Positions 9,819 to 20,431 of a stretch of DNA of 64,000 nt are shown in pieces; positions within the stretch are counted from its first letter, which is position 1; every line of letters starts with the position of its first letter. This DNA comes from an uncultured Pelagibacteraceae bacterium. Its GTDB lineage: Bacteria; Pseudomonadota; Alphaproteobacteria; Pelagibacterales; Pelagibacteraceae. A program made the translations under genes and the position numbers. Location: assembly GCA_902603305.1 (NCBI GenBank), contig CACKUI010000001.1, positions 31,270 through 95,269 of the forward strand. Reading direction: 5' to 3'. Under the pieces are notes generated by a model. It did no database searches, was not told the origin of the DNA, and worked only from the letters and a program-made list of their open reading frames with translations.

Positions 9819-10719
9819 CTTTCATTATTTCTTCTATAAGTTGCATAAAACTAATATTATTATGACTTGCAATTTCTGGAACTAGAGACAAAGAAGTCAT
9901 CCCTGGCTGCGTATTTAATTCTAACAAATAAAATTTATTTTTGAAAAATCTAAAATCTGACCTTGATACTCCCCTGCATTTTAAAAGCTTGTGCGCTTTT
10001 AATGCTATTGAGTTTATTTTATTAAAATTTTTATAAGTTATATTCACTGGAATCAAATGCTCAGTCTTCGCGCTAGTGCTGTACTTAGCTTTATAATCAT
10101 AAAACTTTCTTTTAGGTTTTAACTCTATTATACCTAATTTTTTATTTCCTAAAACAGCTGCTTGGATTTCTCTTCCAGGAATATATTTTTCAATTAATAT
10201 TTCTTTAAATTTTTGGAGCTTCATTAAATTATTATTAAAGTTTTTTTTGTTAGCTATATATACTCCTACGCTAGAACCTTCATTAATAGGCTTTAGAACT
10301 ACTGGAAATTTAAACATTTTATCAATTTTTTTTATTATGTTTTTGTAGTTTAAATTTTTTTTAAAATTAAATTTAAAATATGGAGGTGTTAGAATTTTAT
10401 TCTTTATAAATATTTTTTTTGATATTTCTTTATCAATTGCTAAAGATGAGGATAGAACCCCAGAATGAGTATATTTTACTTTCTCAGATTCAAGAATTGA
10501 TTGTATGTAACCATCTTCGCCATATCTTCCATGTAAAAGATTTAGTACTAATTTTGGTTTGAATTTTCTTAATTTTTTAACAAAATCCCCATCCGGTTCT
10601 ATTGTTAAAAGTTTGTATTTCTTATTCTTTTTTAACTCTTTGGTAACGCTTGCAGCTGTAATTAAGCTTATTTCTCTTTCATTGGAATATCCTCCAGCTA
10701 AAATTATAATTTTATCCAT
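9799..10719 (-). CDS. ddl: D-alanine--D-alanine ligase
   Basis: GGYSNEREIS, LHGRYGEDG, EGSSVG, YDYKAKY, LELNTQPGMT. Confidence 0.97.
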   Translation of the reverse strand: MDKIIILAGGYSNEREISLITAASVTKELKKNKKYKLLTIEPDGDFVKKLRKFKPKLVLNLLHGRYGEDGYIQSILESEKVKYTHSGVLSSSLAIDKEISKKIFIKNKILTPPYFKFNFKKNLNYKNIIKKIDKMFKFPVVLKPINEGSSVGVYIANKKNFNNNLMKLQKFKEILIEKYIPGREIQAAVLGNKKLGIIELKPKRKFYDYKAKYSTSAKTEHLIPVNITYKNFNKINSIALKAHKLLKCRGVSRSDFRFFKNKFYLLELNTQPGMTSLSLVPEIASHNNISFMQLIEEIMKDASINK

Positions 10720-11627
10720 TATTCAACTAACACAATTTCTAATTCTAATTTTATACCTGTCTCGTCTTTAACTTTCTTTTTTACAAAATTGATTAAAGAT
10801 TTCATATCTGCAGCTTTTGCATTTTTTTTATTCACAAAAAAATTTGCATGTTTCTTAGAAATAACTGCATCCCCATAACTTATTTCATGAGAAATACTTG
10901 ATTTAATTAATTCCCATACCTTTTTATCTGTTTGACTAATAGGGTTTTTAAAAGTACTACCGCTAGTTTTTATTTTAGTTGGTTGAGCCATATTTTTAAT
11001 TGTATTAAGCTCAGTCATATAATTATTTATTTCCTCGCTATTTTTTTGTTTCCCTTTGAAAGTTGCACTTAAAAATATTAAATCTTTAGGTAATTCTATC
11101 GACCTATAATTAAAGCTTATTTTATTCGCCGGAATACTTCTTACTAAACCTTTAAAATCAACTACTTGAATAGATATAAGAAAATCTTTAAATTCTTTTT
11201 TGAAACATCCAGAGTTCATCCTAATACCACCTCCTATTGAACCTGGAATACATGACATAAACTCTAATCCAGAAATGTTATTATCCTTTGCAAATTCTGA
11301 GACTTTTTTTTGTGAAGCAGCTGCTCCGGCAATGATTGTTTCATTGTCTAGCAAAGTGATATTTGAGAAATTTTTGCCTAACTTTATTACTGTGCCTTGG
11401 TATGTTTCGTCATCAAATAATACATTTGATCCATTCCCTAAAATAAATATTTTGCCTCTTAAAGCATAAAGTTTTAAATATTCTATTAAACCTTTTAGAG
11501 ATTTTGGTTTAAAAAAAATTTTAGTTTTTCCTCCAATATTAAACCAATTTAGATTTTTAATACTCTGATCAAAAAAAATATCACCATCTATTAATAATAC
11601 TGATTTTTTGATATCCTCAATTTTCAT
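10719..11627 (-). CDS. murB: UDP-N-acetylenolpyruvoylglucosamine reductase
   Basis: GNGSNVL, IPGSIGGGIRMNSG, GSTFKNP, HANF, LELEI. Confidence 0.95.
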   Translation of the reverse strand: MKIEDIKKSVLLIDGDIFFDQSIKNLNWFNIGGKTKIFFKPKSLKGLIEYLKLYALRGKIFILGNGSNVLFDDETYQGTVIKLGKNFSNITLLDNETIIAGAAASQKKVSEFAKDNNISGLEFMSCIPGSIGGGIRMNSGCFKKEFKDFLISIQVVDFKGLVRSIPANKISFNYRSIELPKDLIFLSATFKGKQKNSEEINNYMTELNTIKNMAQPTKIKTSGSTFKNPISQTDKKVWELIKSSISHEISYGDAVISKKHANFFVNKKNAKAADMKSLINFVKKKVKDETGIKLELEIVLVE

Positions 11628-13018
11628 TTAAAAATATTTTTCAAATTTTTCATCCAATTTGATATCGATCCTGCACCCATACCTATGTAAATTTTTTCAC
11701 CAAATGTATTCTGTCTTATAAAATTTCGTAATTGTATTTCATTATCAACCTGTATCAACTTAACACTAGAATTTTTAATAATTAACTTTGCAAAAGAATG
11801 ATATGTAAAATTAAGTTTTAGTTTTTCATTTGCTGTGTAAATGGGACACAACAAAACTGTATCTGCCATTTTAAAACATTTTGAAAACTCTTTTTTCAAA
11901 TTAATTACTCTTGAAATTCTATGAGGTTGAAAAACACAAACAATTTCTTTATTTTTATGTACATTTTTAACACCACTTAAAACTGAACTTATTTCTGTTG
12001 GGTGATGGGCATAATCATCATAAAAACTCACGTTGTTATGATTGAATAAATGAGAAAACCTTCTCTGAACTCCTTTAAAATTACTCAAGCCAAGTTTAAT
12101 ATATTTTTCAGGCAATCCAATTGTAAAAGCTAAAGAAGCTGCAGCAGTTGCATTTTGAATATTGTGAGTTCCAATCATTGGTAGCTTAATTCCTTTAATT
12201 ATTTTTTTTTTACTTGGTATATTGATTTTAATATCGAAACTAGAAAAGCTAATTGTTTGCTTAATATTTATTATTTGGAAATTTGAATTTTTTTTTTTAC
12301 CATACGTATAAAAATTTTTGTTTATTGTTTTTTTAAAAACTTTTTTAAGATTTTGGTCGTCATTACATACAAAGCCTTTTCCTACAGACGGTATTTTTTC
12401 TATAAATTTTTGAAAACTTCTTTTAAGGTTATTTATATTTTTATAAAAATCTAAGTGCTCAGAATCCAAATTAGTAGCTATAGAATATGTAAAAGGAATT
12501 TTTAAAAAACTTCCATCAGACTCGTCTGACTCAGTAATACACCAGTTACTTTTACCCAATTTTGCAGAATTACCAAATGAATTTAGAACACCACCATTAA
12601 TTATAGTTGGGTCTAAATTACCTGCTGTAAAAATACTAGATACTAAAGACGTTGTAGTTGTTTTTCCATGTGAACCAGTTATTACAATATTTCTCATGAA
12701 AGATACTATATGTCCTAACATATCTCCTCTTGTATAAACTGGTAAATTTTTTTTGATAGCTTCAACTAATTCTGGGTTATTTTTTTTAATTGCTGAAGAA
12801 ATCACTACAACTGTAGTTTTTTTTATATTCTCTTTTTTATGATTTAAAAATATTCTTATTTTTTTTTTTTGTAATCTCTCAATATTTCGATTATTAGCTA
12901 TATCACTACCTTGCACTTTGTAACCTAATCCATTCATAATCAATGCTAGGCCACTCATTCCTATTCCACCAATTCCAACAAAATGAATAAGTTCATTTTT
13001 TCCTAAATCAATTTTCAT
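11624..13018 (-). CDS. murC: UDP-N-acetylmuramate--L-alanine ligase
   Basis: HFVGIGGIGMSGLA, GSHGKTTT, ESDESDGSF, DDYAHHPTEI, FQPHR. Confidence 0.97.
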   Translation of the reverse strand: MKIDLGKNELIHFVGIGGIGMSGLALIMNGLGYKVQGSDIANNRNIERLQKKKIRIFLNHKKENIKKTTVVVISSAIKKNNPELVEAIKKNLPVYTRGDMLGHIVSFMRNIVITGSHGKTTTTSLVSSIFTAGNLDPTIINGGVLNSFGNSAKLGKSNWCITESDESDGSFLKIPFTYSIATNLDSEHLDFYKNINNLKRSFQKFIEKIPSVGKGFVCNDDQNLKKVFKKTINKNFYTYGKKKNSNFQIINIKQTISFSSFDIKINIPSKKKIIKGIKLPMIGTHNIQNATAAASLAFTIGLPEKYIKLGLSNFKGVQRRFSHLFNHNNVSFYDDYAHHPTEISSVLSGVKNVHKNKEIVCVFQPHRISRVINLKKEFSKCFKMADTVLLCPIYTANEKLKLNFTYHSFAKLIIKNSSVKLIQVDNEIQLRNFIRQNTFGEKIYIGMGAGSISNWMKNLKNIFK

Positions 13019-14084
13019 TTATAAGTTCAATTAGTTTAGATTTATTTTTTTCCCACATATTTTCTTTATTTAATAGACTTAAATTATTTTTTTTAGAAAA
13101 ATATTCATTTTGATCTTCAAAAATTTTTATAATTAAATCTTTTAAGCTATTTTCATCGTTATCTTTTTGTATCATTAGCCAACAAGATTTATTTCTTTCA
13201 TAAAATTCTGCATTATAATATTGATGATTATCTTTAGCATATGGAAATGGAATTGCCACAAATGGAATATTTAAATAACCTAATTCTGAAATTGTAGACG
13301 CGCCAGCCCGTGTAATAGCTAGGTCATAATTAACAGCTTTAATTAATAATTTATCATCAAAGTTGAATAATTCGTGTTCGATATGATTTTTTTGATAGGA
13401 TTCTTTAATATTTTCTTTTGAATTGATATTAATTACTTGTTGTAAAACTTGGATTTTCTGCGTTTTTGAGAGCATTATTATAGTTTTAGTAATAGTATCG
13501 TCGAAGAACTTTGCTCCCTGACTTCCTCCGATAATTAATATTTTTTTTTTTTCTGAAATAGTAGTTTTTTTATTTTTTTGGTATTTATATATTTCTTTTC
13601 TAAGTAATGGTTTAATTAAATAAACCTTATTTATGAATTTCTTAGAAATACCTTTTAAGTTTTTATCATAACAAATAACTTTTTCAGCAAAACTAAGTAT
13701 TAATTTATTTGCTCTTCCTAAAACAGAATTTGGTTCAAAAACATAAATTTTTATATTCAACAAAGTAGAGGCTAAACATAAGGGCAAGGACATATATCCA
13801 CCAGTACTAATTAGAATATTAAAATTATTTAATTTTAAGTATTTATAAGATTTTATTATTGAAATACAAAATTTAATTAAATTATAAGGAAGTGATAACA
13901 AGTTTGAGAATAAATTTGGAACATCAATTAATGAATAATTATAATTCGCATTATTAATATACTTTGATCCTCTTGAATCTGTAGAAATTTCCACTTCAAA
14001 ATCATCTTTTAAAGCATCATATATACTTAACGATGGAATTACATGTCCACCTGAACCACCTGTTGTAATAATTATTTTTTTCAT
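13008..14084 (-). CDS. murG: Lipid II GlcNAc transferase MurG
   Basis: GGSGGHVIP, STGGY, GGSQGA, TRAGASTISE, HQYYNA. Confidence 0.95.
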   Translation of the reverse strand: MKKIIITTGGSGGHVIPSLSIYDALKDDFEVEISTDSRGSKYINNANYNYSLIDVPNLFSNLLSLPYNLIKFCISIIKSYKYLKLNNFNILISTGGYMSLPLCLASTLLNIKIYVFEPNSVLGRANKLILSFAEKVICYDKNLKGISKKFINKVYLIKPLLRKEIYKYQKNKKTTISEKKKILIIGGSQGAKFFDDTITKTIIMLSKTQKIQVLQQVININSKENIKESYQKNHIEHELFNFDDKLLIKAVNYDLAITRAGASTISELGYLNIPFVAIPFPYAKDNHQYYNAEFYERNKSCWLMIQKDNDENSLKDLIIKIFEDQNEYFSKKNNLSLLNKENMWEKNKSKLIELINEN

Positions 14085-14088
14085 CAGT

Positions 14089-15198
14089 TCAATCTAATTT
14101 TCTTTTTGTTAAATTCAAAATTAATCCTGATAAAAATGCTGTACTGACTATGGATGACCCGCCATAACTTAAAAAGGGTAAAGTCATTCCTGTAGTTGGC
14201 AATATTCTTATGTTAACACCTACATGTATAAAAGTTTGTAACAAAATTAAAGAGATACACCCACTTAAAATAAGTTTTGGCAAATCTTCATTTATGAAAT
14301 TAATTTTTTGGATTACCCTGTAAGAAAAGATTAGATATAGAAACAATATTCCAATAACTATTATTGCACCGAACTCTTCTGATATAACCGAGACTATATA
14401 ATCTGTATGTGCCTCAGGGACTCTTGAATTCAAAGTACCTTCTCCAATACCTTTTCCAAAAAAACCCCCATTTATAATCGCATCACTTGCTTTTTCTGCT
14501 TGATAATTATTGCCTGAACTTGAATTTAAAAAAGCGAAAAGTCTAATTTTTATATATTCAAATTTTGTCACAAATAAAACTAAATAGCTTACAGTTGAAC
14601 TAACAAAGAGAAAAAATATAAAAAAAACAAAAATATTAATGCCAGAGATAAATATTAAAGCTAACCAAACCATTGAAATCAAAAGGGTTTGTCCAATATC
14701 AGGTTGATAAACAAGTAACATTAATATTGGCAGTGTGAATAAAGTACTTAAGAAGTATTTAAAATATAATCTTCTATTTTGCAAAGTTAACATGAATGAT
14801 AATGTTACTATAAAAAATGGTTTAATAATCTCAACAGGCTGAAATCTAGGCAAAAATATCAAATCTAACCATCTTTTTGAACCCTTCACCTCAGTCCCTA
14901 AAAAAGGAACTAACAGCAGACTTAGAAATGCTATTAAGAATAAAATCAATGAAAATTTTGCTAAAATTTTTTGATTCAGAAACGAAAATGTAATTAAAAT
15001 AGCTATGGCTAAGGCTATATAAGCAAAATGTTTAAAAAAAAAATAATACGATTTTGTATTTAATTTGTCTGATGCAATTAGAGAGGTAGAGACTAATGAA
15101 AAGAAAAGTCCTAATAAAAATAAACCTAAAATTAAGAATAATAAAAATTTATCTATATTTTTCCACCAATCATAGAAAGTATCTAAATATTTATTCAT
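14089..15198 (-). CDS. ftsW: SEDS peptidoglycan glycosyltransferase FtsW
   Basis: Multi-TM protein; GSKRW, QPDIG, PEAHTDY, GMTLPFLSYGGSS. Confidence 0.95.
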   Translation of the reverse strand: MNKYLDTFYDWWKNIDKFLLFLILGLFLLGLFFSLVSTSLIASDKLNTKSYYFFFKHFAYIALAIAILITFSFLNQKILAKFSLILFLIAFLSLLLVPFLGTEVKGSKRWLDLIFLPRFQPVEIIKPFFIVTLSFMLTLQNRRLYFKYFLSTLFTLPILMLLVYQPDIGQTLLISMVWLALIFISGINIFVFFIFFLFVSSTVSYLVLFVTKFEYIKIRLFAFLNSSSGNNYQAEKASDAIINGGFFGKGIGEGTLNSRVPEAHTDYIVSVISEEFGAIIVIGILFLYLIFSYRVIQKINFINEDLPKLILSGCISLILLQTFIHVGVNIRILPTTGMTLPFLSYGGSSIVSTAFLSGLILNLTKRKLD

Positions 15199-16499
15199 TT
15201 TTTAATTTTTTTAAGCATAACTTTTACAATCTTGTTAAAAAAATTTCCCCTTTGCTCAAAGTTTTTGAACTGATCAAAAGAAGCTGCACACGGGCTAAAA
15301 AGAATTACTTTTTTAGAATTGTCATTTTTAATATTATTATTTAAATTTTTCATAACTTCTTTGAGTGTTGCAGAAGACGTACAAGAAATTTTAATAGGAA
15401 GTGAATTGATCAAAAAATTTCTATCTTTTCCATAAACATAAGCTCTTATATTTGAAACATATTTTTTTTTAAGTTTGAGTTTATCTCCCTTTTTAGCAAG
15501 TCCTCCCAATATCCAATATATATTTTCATAACTTTCAAGTAATGGGGCTGTCGATGAAAAACTAGTAGATTTTGAGTCGTTTATAATTAATAATTTTTTC
15601 GATTTATAGATTACTTGTTGTCTATAATCTAACCCTTTAAATTTATTTGCTATATTTATAACTGTTTTTAGATTGAGTTTTAATACCTTGGCAATACTGA
15701 AAACGAAGCTAAGATTTTTTTCATTACTGGAATTATTAAAGTAGATATTATCTACTTGTTTACAATATTTTTTATTTTCAAAATGATCAATTTTAATTAT
15801 TTTTGATTTAATTTTGTTTTTTTTAACTAATTCTTTTAAAAATTTATTTTCGTTATCTATAAAAGTAATGTCATTGTTGCTTTGTGATTTTATAATTTTA
15901 AATTTTGCTTCAACATAATTTTTGAAAGACCCATGTCTTTCTAAATGATCTGGGCTCAAATTAAGTATAATTGAGTATTTAGATCTATAGTATTTGCTAT
16001 AATCAAGTTGATAAGAGGATGCTTCAATTACAAAAATTGTATTATTTTTAATTTTTCTCTCCATTAATATGGGATATCCAATATTACCAGTTAATCTTAC
16101 GTCCTTCTTATTATTTTTAAGAACCTCATAGAGTAGTTTCGAAGTAGTCGATTTACCATTTGTTCCAGTAATTGTAATTTTATTTATATTTGGATAGCTT
16201 AAGGCAAATATATCAAGCTCTGTAATAATTTTAGAACTATTTTTTTTCAAATAATGAGAAATTTTACATTTCTTAGCATCTATCCCTGGACTCAAAACAA
16301 TAAAATCAAAATTTATAGAAGATAATTTATGAATATTTATTAATTTTTTTTTATACTTTGCTGAAATATTATTTTTATTATCATCAAAAATTTTACAGAT
16401 ATTATTTTTTTTTAAAAAATTAAAACAAGCAGAACCAGACTTTCCAAAACCATAAATTAAAATTTTTTTATTTTTAAAATAAATGTTTTTTTCATTCAT
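15195..16499 (-). CDS. murD: UDP-N-acetylmuramoyl-L-alanine--D-glutamate ligase
   Basis: GFGKSG, LSPGI, ITGTNGKSTT, EASSYQL, DHLERH, NDSKST, SPCAASFDQF. Start set at 16499 (TAATG overlap with the mraY stop). Confidence 0.95.
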   Translation of the reverse strand: MNEKNIYFKNKKILIYGFGKSGSACFNFLKKNNICKIFDDNKNNISAKYKKKLINIHKLSSINFDFIVLSPGIDAKKCKISHYLKKNSSKIITELDIFALSYPNINKITITGTNGKSTTSKLLYEVLKNNKKDVRLTGNIGYPILMERKIKNNTIFVIEASSYQLDYSKYYRSKYSIILNLSPDHLERHGSFKNYVEAKFKIIKSQSNNDITFIDNENKFLKELVKKNKIKSKIIKIDHFENKKYCKQVDNIYFNNSSNEKNLSFVFSIAKVLKLNLKTVINIANKFKGLDYRQQVIYKSKKLLIINDSKSTSFSSTAPLLESYENIYWILGGLAKKGDKLKLKKKYVSNIRAYVYGKDRNFLINSLPIKISCTSSATLKEVMKNLNNNIKNDNSKKVILFSPCAASFDQFKNFEQRGNFFNKIVKVMLKKIKK

Positions 16500-17584
16500 T
16501 ATCTTAGTTTTAATGTTGCTAGACCTATCATTGCTAAGATAATTGATATGATCCAAAATCTAATAACTACAGTAGACTCTGGCCACCCTTTTTTTTCAAA
16601 ATGATGGTGTATAGGTGCCATTTTAAAAATCCTTTTTCCGGTAAGTTTAAATGATATCACTTGAGCAATCACTGAAATAGCTTCTAACACAAACAATCCA
16701 CCCGTAATTGCTAGAACGATTTCATGTTTTGTAATAATACCTACTGCCCCCAAAGATCCTCCTAAAGCTAATGAACCTGTATCACCCATAAATATCTTGG
16801 CGGGTGGTGCATTAAACCACAAAAAACCTAAACAAGATCCGATAATTGCCCCACAAAAAATTGATGCTTCTCCTACTCCTTCAATGTATGTAATTTGTAA
16901 ATATCCTGAAAATACTATATTTCCTGTTACATAACTAATAAAAGCAAAACATGCCGCAACTAAGATTACTGGCACTGTAGCTAAACCATCTAGTCCATCA
17001 GTCAAGTTAACTGCATTTGATGATCCTACAATAACAAATAAATAAAATGGAATGAAAAACCATCCTAAATTAATTATTAAGTTTTTAAAAAATGGAAAAT
17101 ATAGGTTTTGTAGTTCATTTGACCCGCTATAAAAATAGAGTATAAAAATTCCAACTAATGCTAAAATAATTTGAATTATAATCTTTGTTTTTGAGCTTAT
17201 ACCATTTGAATTATTTTTTTTTATTTTTTGATAGTCATCATAAGCTCCGAGCAACCCAAAAGATCCAACTATATAAAGTAAGAACCAGTTATAGGTATTC
17301 GTAAAATCACCCCATAAAATAACTCCTGAGAAAATACCTAATAATATCATAAGACCTCCCATGGTAGGAGTTCCAATTTTTTTAACTATATGCTCATTAG
17401 GCCCATCTTCTCTAATTGGGTCATGAATTTGATGTGTAGAAAAATAATTTATAAGTGGTCCGCCAACTAAAAAAACTACTACCATCGATGTAAACATTGA
17501 TAGACCAGTTCTTACAGTTAAATATTTAAAAACATTAAGAAAACTAAAAATTTCAACTAGGTTAGAAAATAGACTAAAAAGCAT
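16499..17584 (-). CDS. mraY: Phospho-N-acetylmuramoyl-pentapeptide transferase
   Basis: GTPTMGG, NAVNLTDGLDGL, FMGDTGSL, MAPIHHHFE. Confidence 0.97.
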   Translation of the reverse strand: MLFSLFSNLVEIFSFLNVFKYLTVRTGLSMFTSMVVVFLVGGPLINYFSTHQIHDPIREDGPNEHIVKKIGTPTMGGLMILLGIFSGVILWGDFTNTYNWFLLYIVGSFGLLGAYDDYQKIKKNNSNGISSKTKIIIQIILALVGIFILYFYSGSNELQNLYFPFFKNLIINLGWFFIPFYLFVIVGSSNAVNLTDGLDGLATVPVILVAACFAFISYVTGNIVFSGYLQITYIEGVGEASIFCGAIIGSCLGFLWFNAPPAKIFMGDTGSLALGGSLGAVGIITKHEIVLAITGGLFVLEAISVIAQVISFKLTGKRIFKMAPIHHHFEKKGWPESTVVIRFWIISIILAMIGLATLKLR

Positions 17585-20420
17585 TTATTTTGCCTACTTT
17601 TAAACTTTGAGTTATTTTATTTAAACCTGTGGAGTTGGAACCCTTAATCATTAAATATTCGTCATTCTTAATATCATTTATCATAAAATTTAAGATATCT
17701 TTTTTTGAATTTAATATTTTTCCGCTTTTTTGTGGTTTAATTTTGTTAAATGTCTCAATAATGTCCTTGCCATATACATAAACTTTATCAATTTTGGAGT
17801 CATTAATGCGCTTGGCGGCTTCTATGTGAAGCTTTTTAGAATATTTACCAAGCTCCAGCATATCCCCCAATAAAATTAATTTTCTTTTAGATTTAGTATT
17901 TAAGTTATTTAATTTATTTAAGGCGAATTGAAGAGACAAGGGGTTAGAATTATAACTTTCATCGATTAGATTAATTTTTTTTTTTTGTAACTTAATTATA
18001 CTTAAATCTCCCCTACCTACTGGAAACTGATAGTCATTAAAAAAAAGCTTATCTAATTTTTCTAAATTAAAGTAAAGAGAGATTACTGCTAAAGTTGATA
18101 AAATATTATAAATATAATTTTCTAAATTTTTTTTAATAGTAAATTTTAATATTTTTTCATTATTTTTTATATAAATAACAGAACTAAATTTTCCTTTTTT
18201 TATTTTAGTCAAACTTACATCTGATTTATTTTTTATACCAAATGAAATTATTCGTAATTTTCTTTTTATCGATTTAGATTTAAAAAATTTAAAAAATCTA
18301 TCATCAGCATTTAATATAATCGATCCATGTTCAACAATGTTGTTAATTATTTCTGATTTAGCATTAGCTATACCTTTTAAATTTTTAAAGTTTTTAATAT
18401 GTGCGTATGAAATATTAGTAATAACTCCAACATTGGGCATTATTATTTTAGTTAAAAAATCTATCTCTCCTTTCTTATCCATCCCAACTTCAAAGATACC
18501 AATTTTATCTTTATAATTTATGTTGAATAAAGAAATTGGTACTCCATACTTGTTATTAAAAGATTTTTTTGAATAGGATGTTTGGCATATTTTATTCATC
18601 ATTTGCCCCAACATCTCCTTTAAAGATGTTTTACCTGATGATCCTGTAATTGCTATAGAAGAAATATTAGATGATACTCTTACCATGTTGGCAACTTCTG
18701 AAAGTGTTTTTAATGAGTTTTTTACATATAAATCATTTCTTAATTTATTTTTTTTTTTATTTTCATTAATTGAAATAGAGGCTCCATTTTTAAAAGCTTG
18801 ATTAACAAATTTGTTACCATCAAAGTTTTTTCCCTTAATACCAAAGAAAATATTATTTTTTTTTGTTTTTCTTGAATCAATTGAAGCTTCATTAATAATA
18901 ATATTTTTTTCTATTTTCTTTTGAGTTATCTCTGAAACAATATTTGATTTCCAATTTTTATTTAAAGATTTATTTTTAATCTTAATAAATTTTTCAATAC
19001 ATTTTTTATCTGAAAAGAACTTTTTATACACATATTCTTGATAGACTTCATGACCTTTTCCAGCAACAATAACTACCTCGTTTGACTTAATGTCCAAAAT
19101 TGCAGATTTTATTGCTCTCTCTCTTGATGATATTTCTATTACTTTACTCTTTGCAATATTAGATCTGACATCTCTTCTTATTTTTTTTGGATCTTCACTT
19201 CTTGGGTTATCGTCTGTTAAAAATATTTTATCGCAGTATCTATTCGCAATATTTCCCATTATCTTTCTTTTGGGTTTATCTCTCTCACCTCCACATCCAA
19301 ATACTAGATTAATTTTACGTAATTTAAATTGTTCCTTCACATTTTTAATACAGCTCCTTAAAGCATCTGGTGTGTGAGCATAATCAAGGATAACAATTCC
19401 ATTATTATGAAGGTTTCCTACCTTTTCTAATCTTCCATTTACTGGCTTTATTTTTTGTACAATTTTTAAAATTTTTTCTAATAAAATTTTACTTTTCATT
19501 GCTGCCATGATTGCCATAAGTAAATTTTTAATTTGAATACTTCCAATTAACTTAGTTGAAAAAGAGTATTTTCGTTTATTAAATGTAAATGCAATTTTCT
19601 GTTCGTCTTTTAAAAATTGATGATTGATTATTGTAAAACTTGATTTGGAATTTCCTAATGTAAATCTTTTTATTTTATTGTATTTAGTAATTTTATTTAA
19701 ATTTGATGAAATTTTTAATTCATCATCATAAATAGCATAAGACTTTTTTTTCAATAATTTTTTAAATAATATTAATTTTGAATTAAAATAATTTTTAAAG
19801 GTTTTGTGATAATCCAAATGATCTCTTGTTAAATTCGTAAATATACCAGTATCGAATTCTAATCCATCCAATCTATTTTGATATAACCCATGACTTGATG
19901 CTTCTAAAATAACGTTTTCAATTTTTTTTTTTTTTAATTTCTCCAAAATTTTATTTAATTGGATGGTATCAAAAGTGGTATTTGAAAAATTTTTTTTTAT
20001 ATTTAAACCTTTGACTCCCAATGTTCCAATTGAGGCTGCTTTAATTCCATTAAGAGTTAAAATTTGAAAATAAAAATTTGCTATAGATGATTTACCATTT
20101 GTCCCCGTTACAGCTATTAAATTTTTTGGTTTTTTACTAAATATTTTAGAGCTAAATGTAGCTAATAAATTTCTAGGGTTTTTATCTTTTAAAAATAAAA
20201 TATTATTTTTCCAAATACTAGTCTTTAATTTGTCAGTGATTATTATTTTTGATCCATTTTTAATCGCTTCATTTATAAACAAGTTTCCATCAGTATTATT
20301 CCCTTTAAATGCGAAAAAAATATACCCTTCTCTAACATTTTTAGAATTAAAAGCTATCCCTTTAAAACTTAAATCATGATATTTTTTATTTAAATTTGGG
20401 ATGTAATCTTTGAGTAACAT
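17574..20420 (-). CDS. murE/murF: Bifunctional MurE-MurF fusion ligase
   Basis: N half has TGTNGKSS, EASSHGL, DHLDYH, DYAHTPDAL, DDNPR (m-DAP specificity), GKGHE. C half has IDSR, ITGSSGKTS, SFNN, DESYNSNP, LGDMLELG, KGS. One open frame of 948 aa. Confidence 0.93.
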   Translation of the reverse strand: MLLKDYIPNLNKKYHDLSFKGIAFNSKNVREGYIFFAFKGNNTDGNLFINEAIKNGSKIIITDKLKTSIWKNNILFLKDKNPRNLLATFSSKIFSKKPKNLIAVTGTNGKSSIANFYFQILTLNGIKAASIGTLGVKGLNIKKNFSNTTFDTIQLNKILEKLKKKKIENVILEASSHGLYQNRLDGLEFDTGIFTNLTRDHLDYHKTFKNYFNSKLILFKKLLKKKSYAIYDDELKISSNLNKITKYNKIKRFTLGNSKSSFTIINHQFLKDEQKIAFTFNKRKYSFSTKLIGSIQIKNLLMAIMAAMKSKILLEKILKIVQKIKPVNGRLEKVGNLHNNGIVILDYAHTPDALRSCIKNVKEQFKLRKINLVFGCGGERDKPKRKIMGNIANRYCDKIFLTDDNPRSEDPKKIRRDVRSNIAKSKVIEISSRERAIKSAILDIKSNEVVIVAGKGHEVYQEYVYKKFFSDKKCIEKFIKIKNKSLNKNWKSNIVSEITQKKIEKNIIINEASIDSRKTKKNNIFFGIKGKNFDGNKFVNQAFKNGASISINENKKKNKLRNDLYVKNSLKTLSEVANMVRVSSNISSIAITGSSGKTSLKEMLGQMMNKICQTSYSKKSFNNKYGVPISLFNINYKDKIGIFEVGMDKKGEIDFLTKIIMPNVGVITNISYAHIKNFKNLKGIANAKSEIINNIVEHGSIILNADDRFFKFFKSKSIKRKLRIISFGIKNKSDVSLTKIKKGKFSSVIYIKNNEKILKFTIKKNLENYIYNILSTLAVISLYFNLEKLDKLFFNDYQFPVGRGDLSIIKLQKKKINLIDESYNSNPLSLQFALNKLNNLNTKSKRKLILLGDMLELGKYSKKLHIEAAKRINDSKIDKVYVYGKDIIETFNKIKPQKSGKILNSKKDILNFMINDIKNDEYLMIKGSNSTGLNKITQSLKVGKINAF

Positions 20421-20431
20421 GGTTTACGCTC

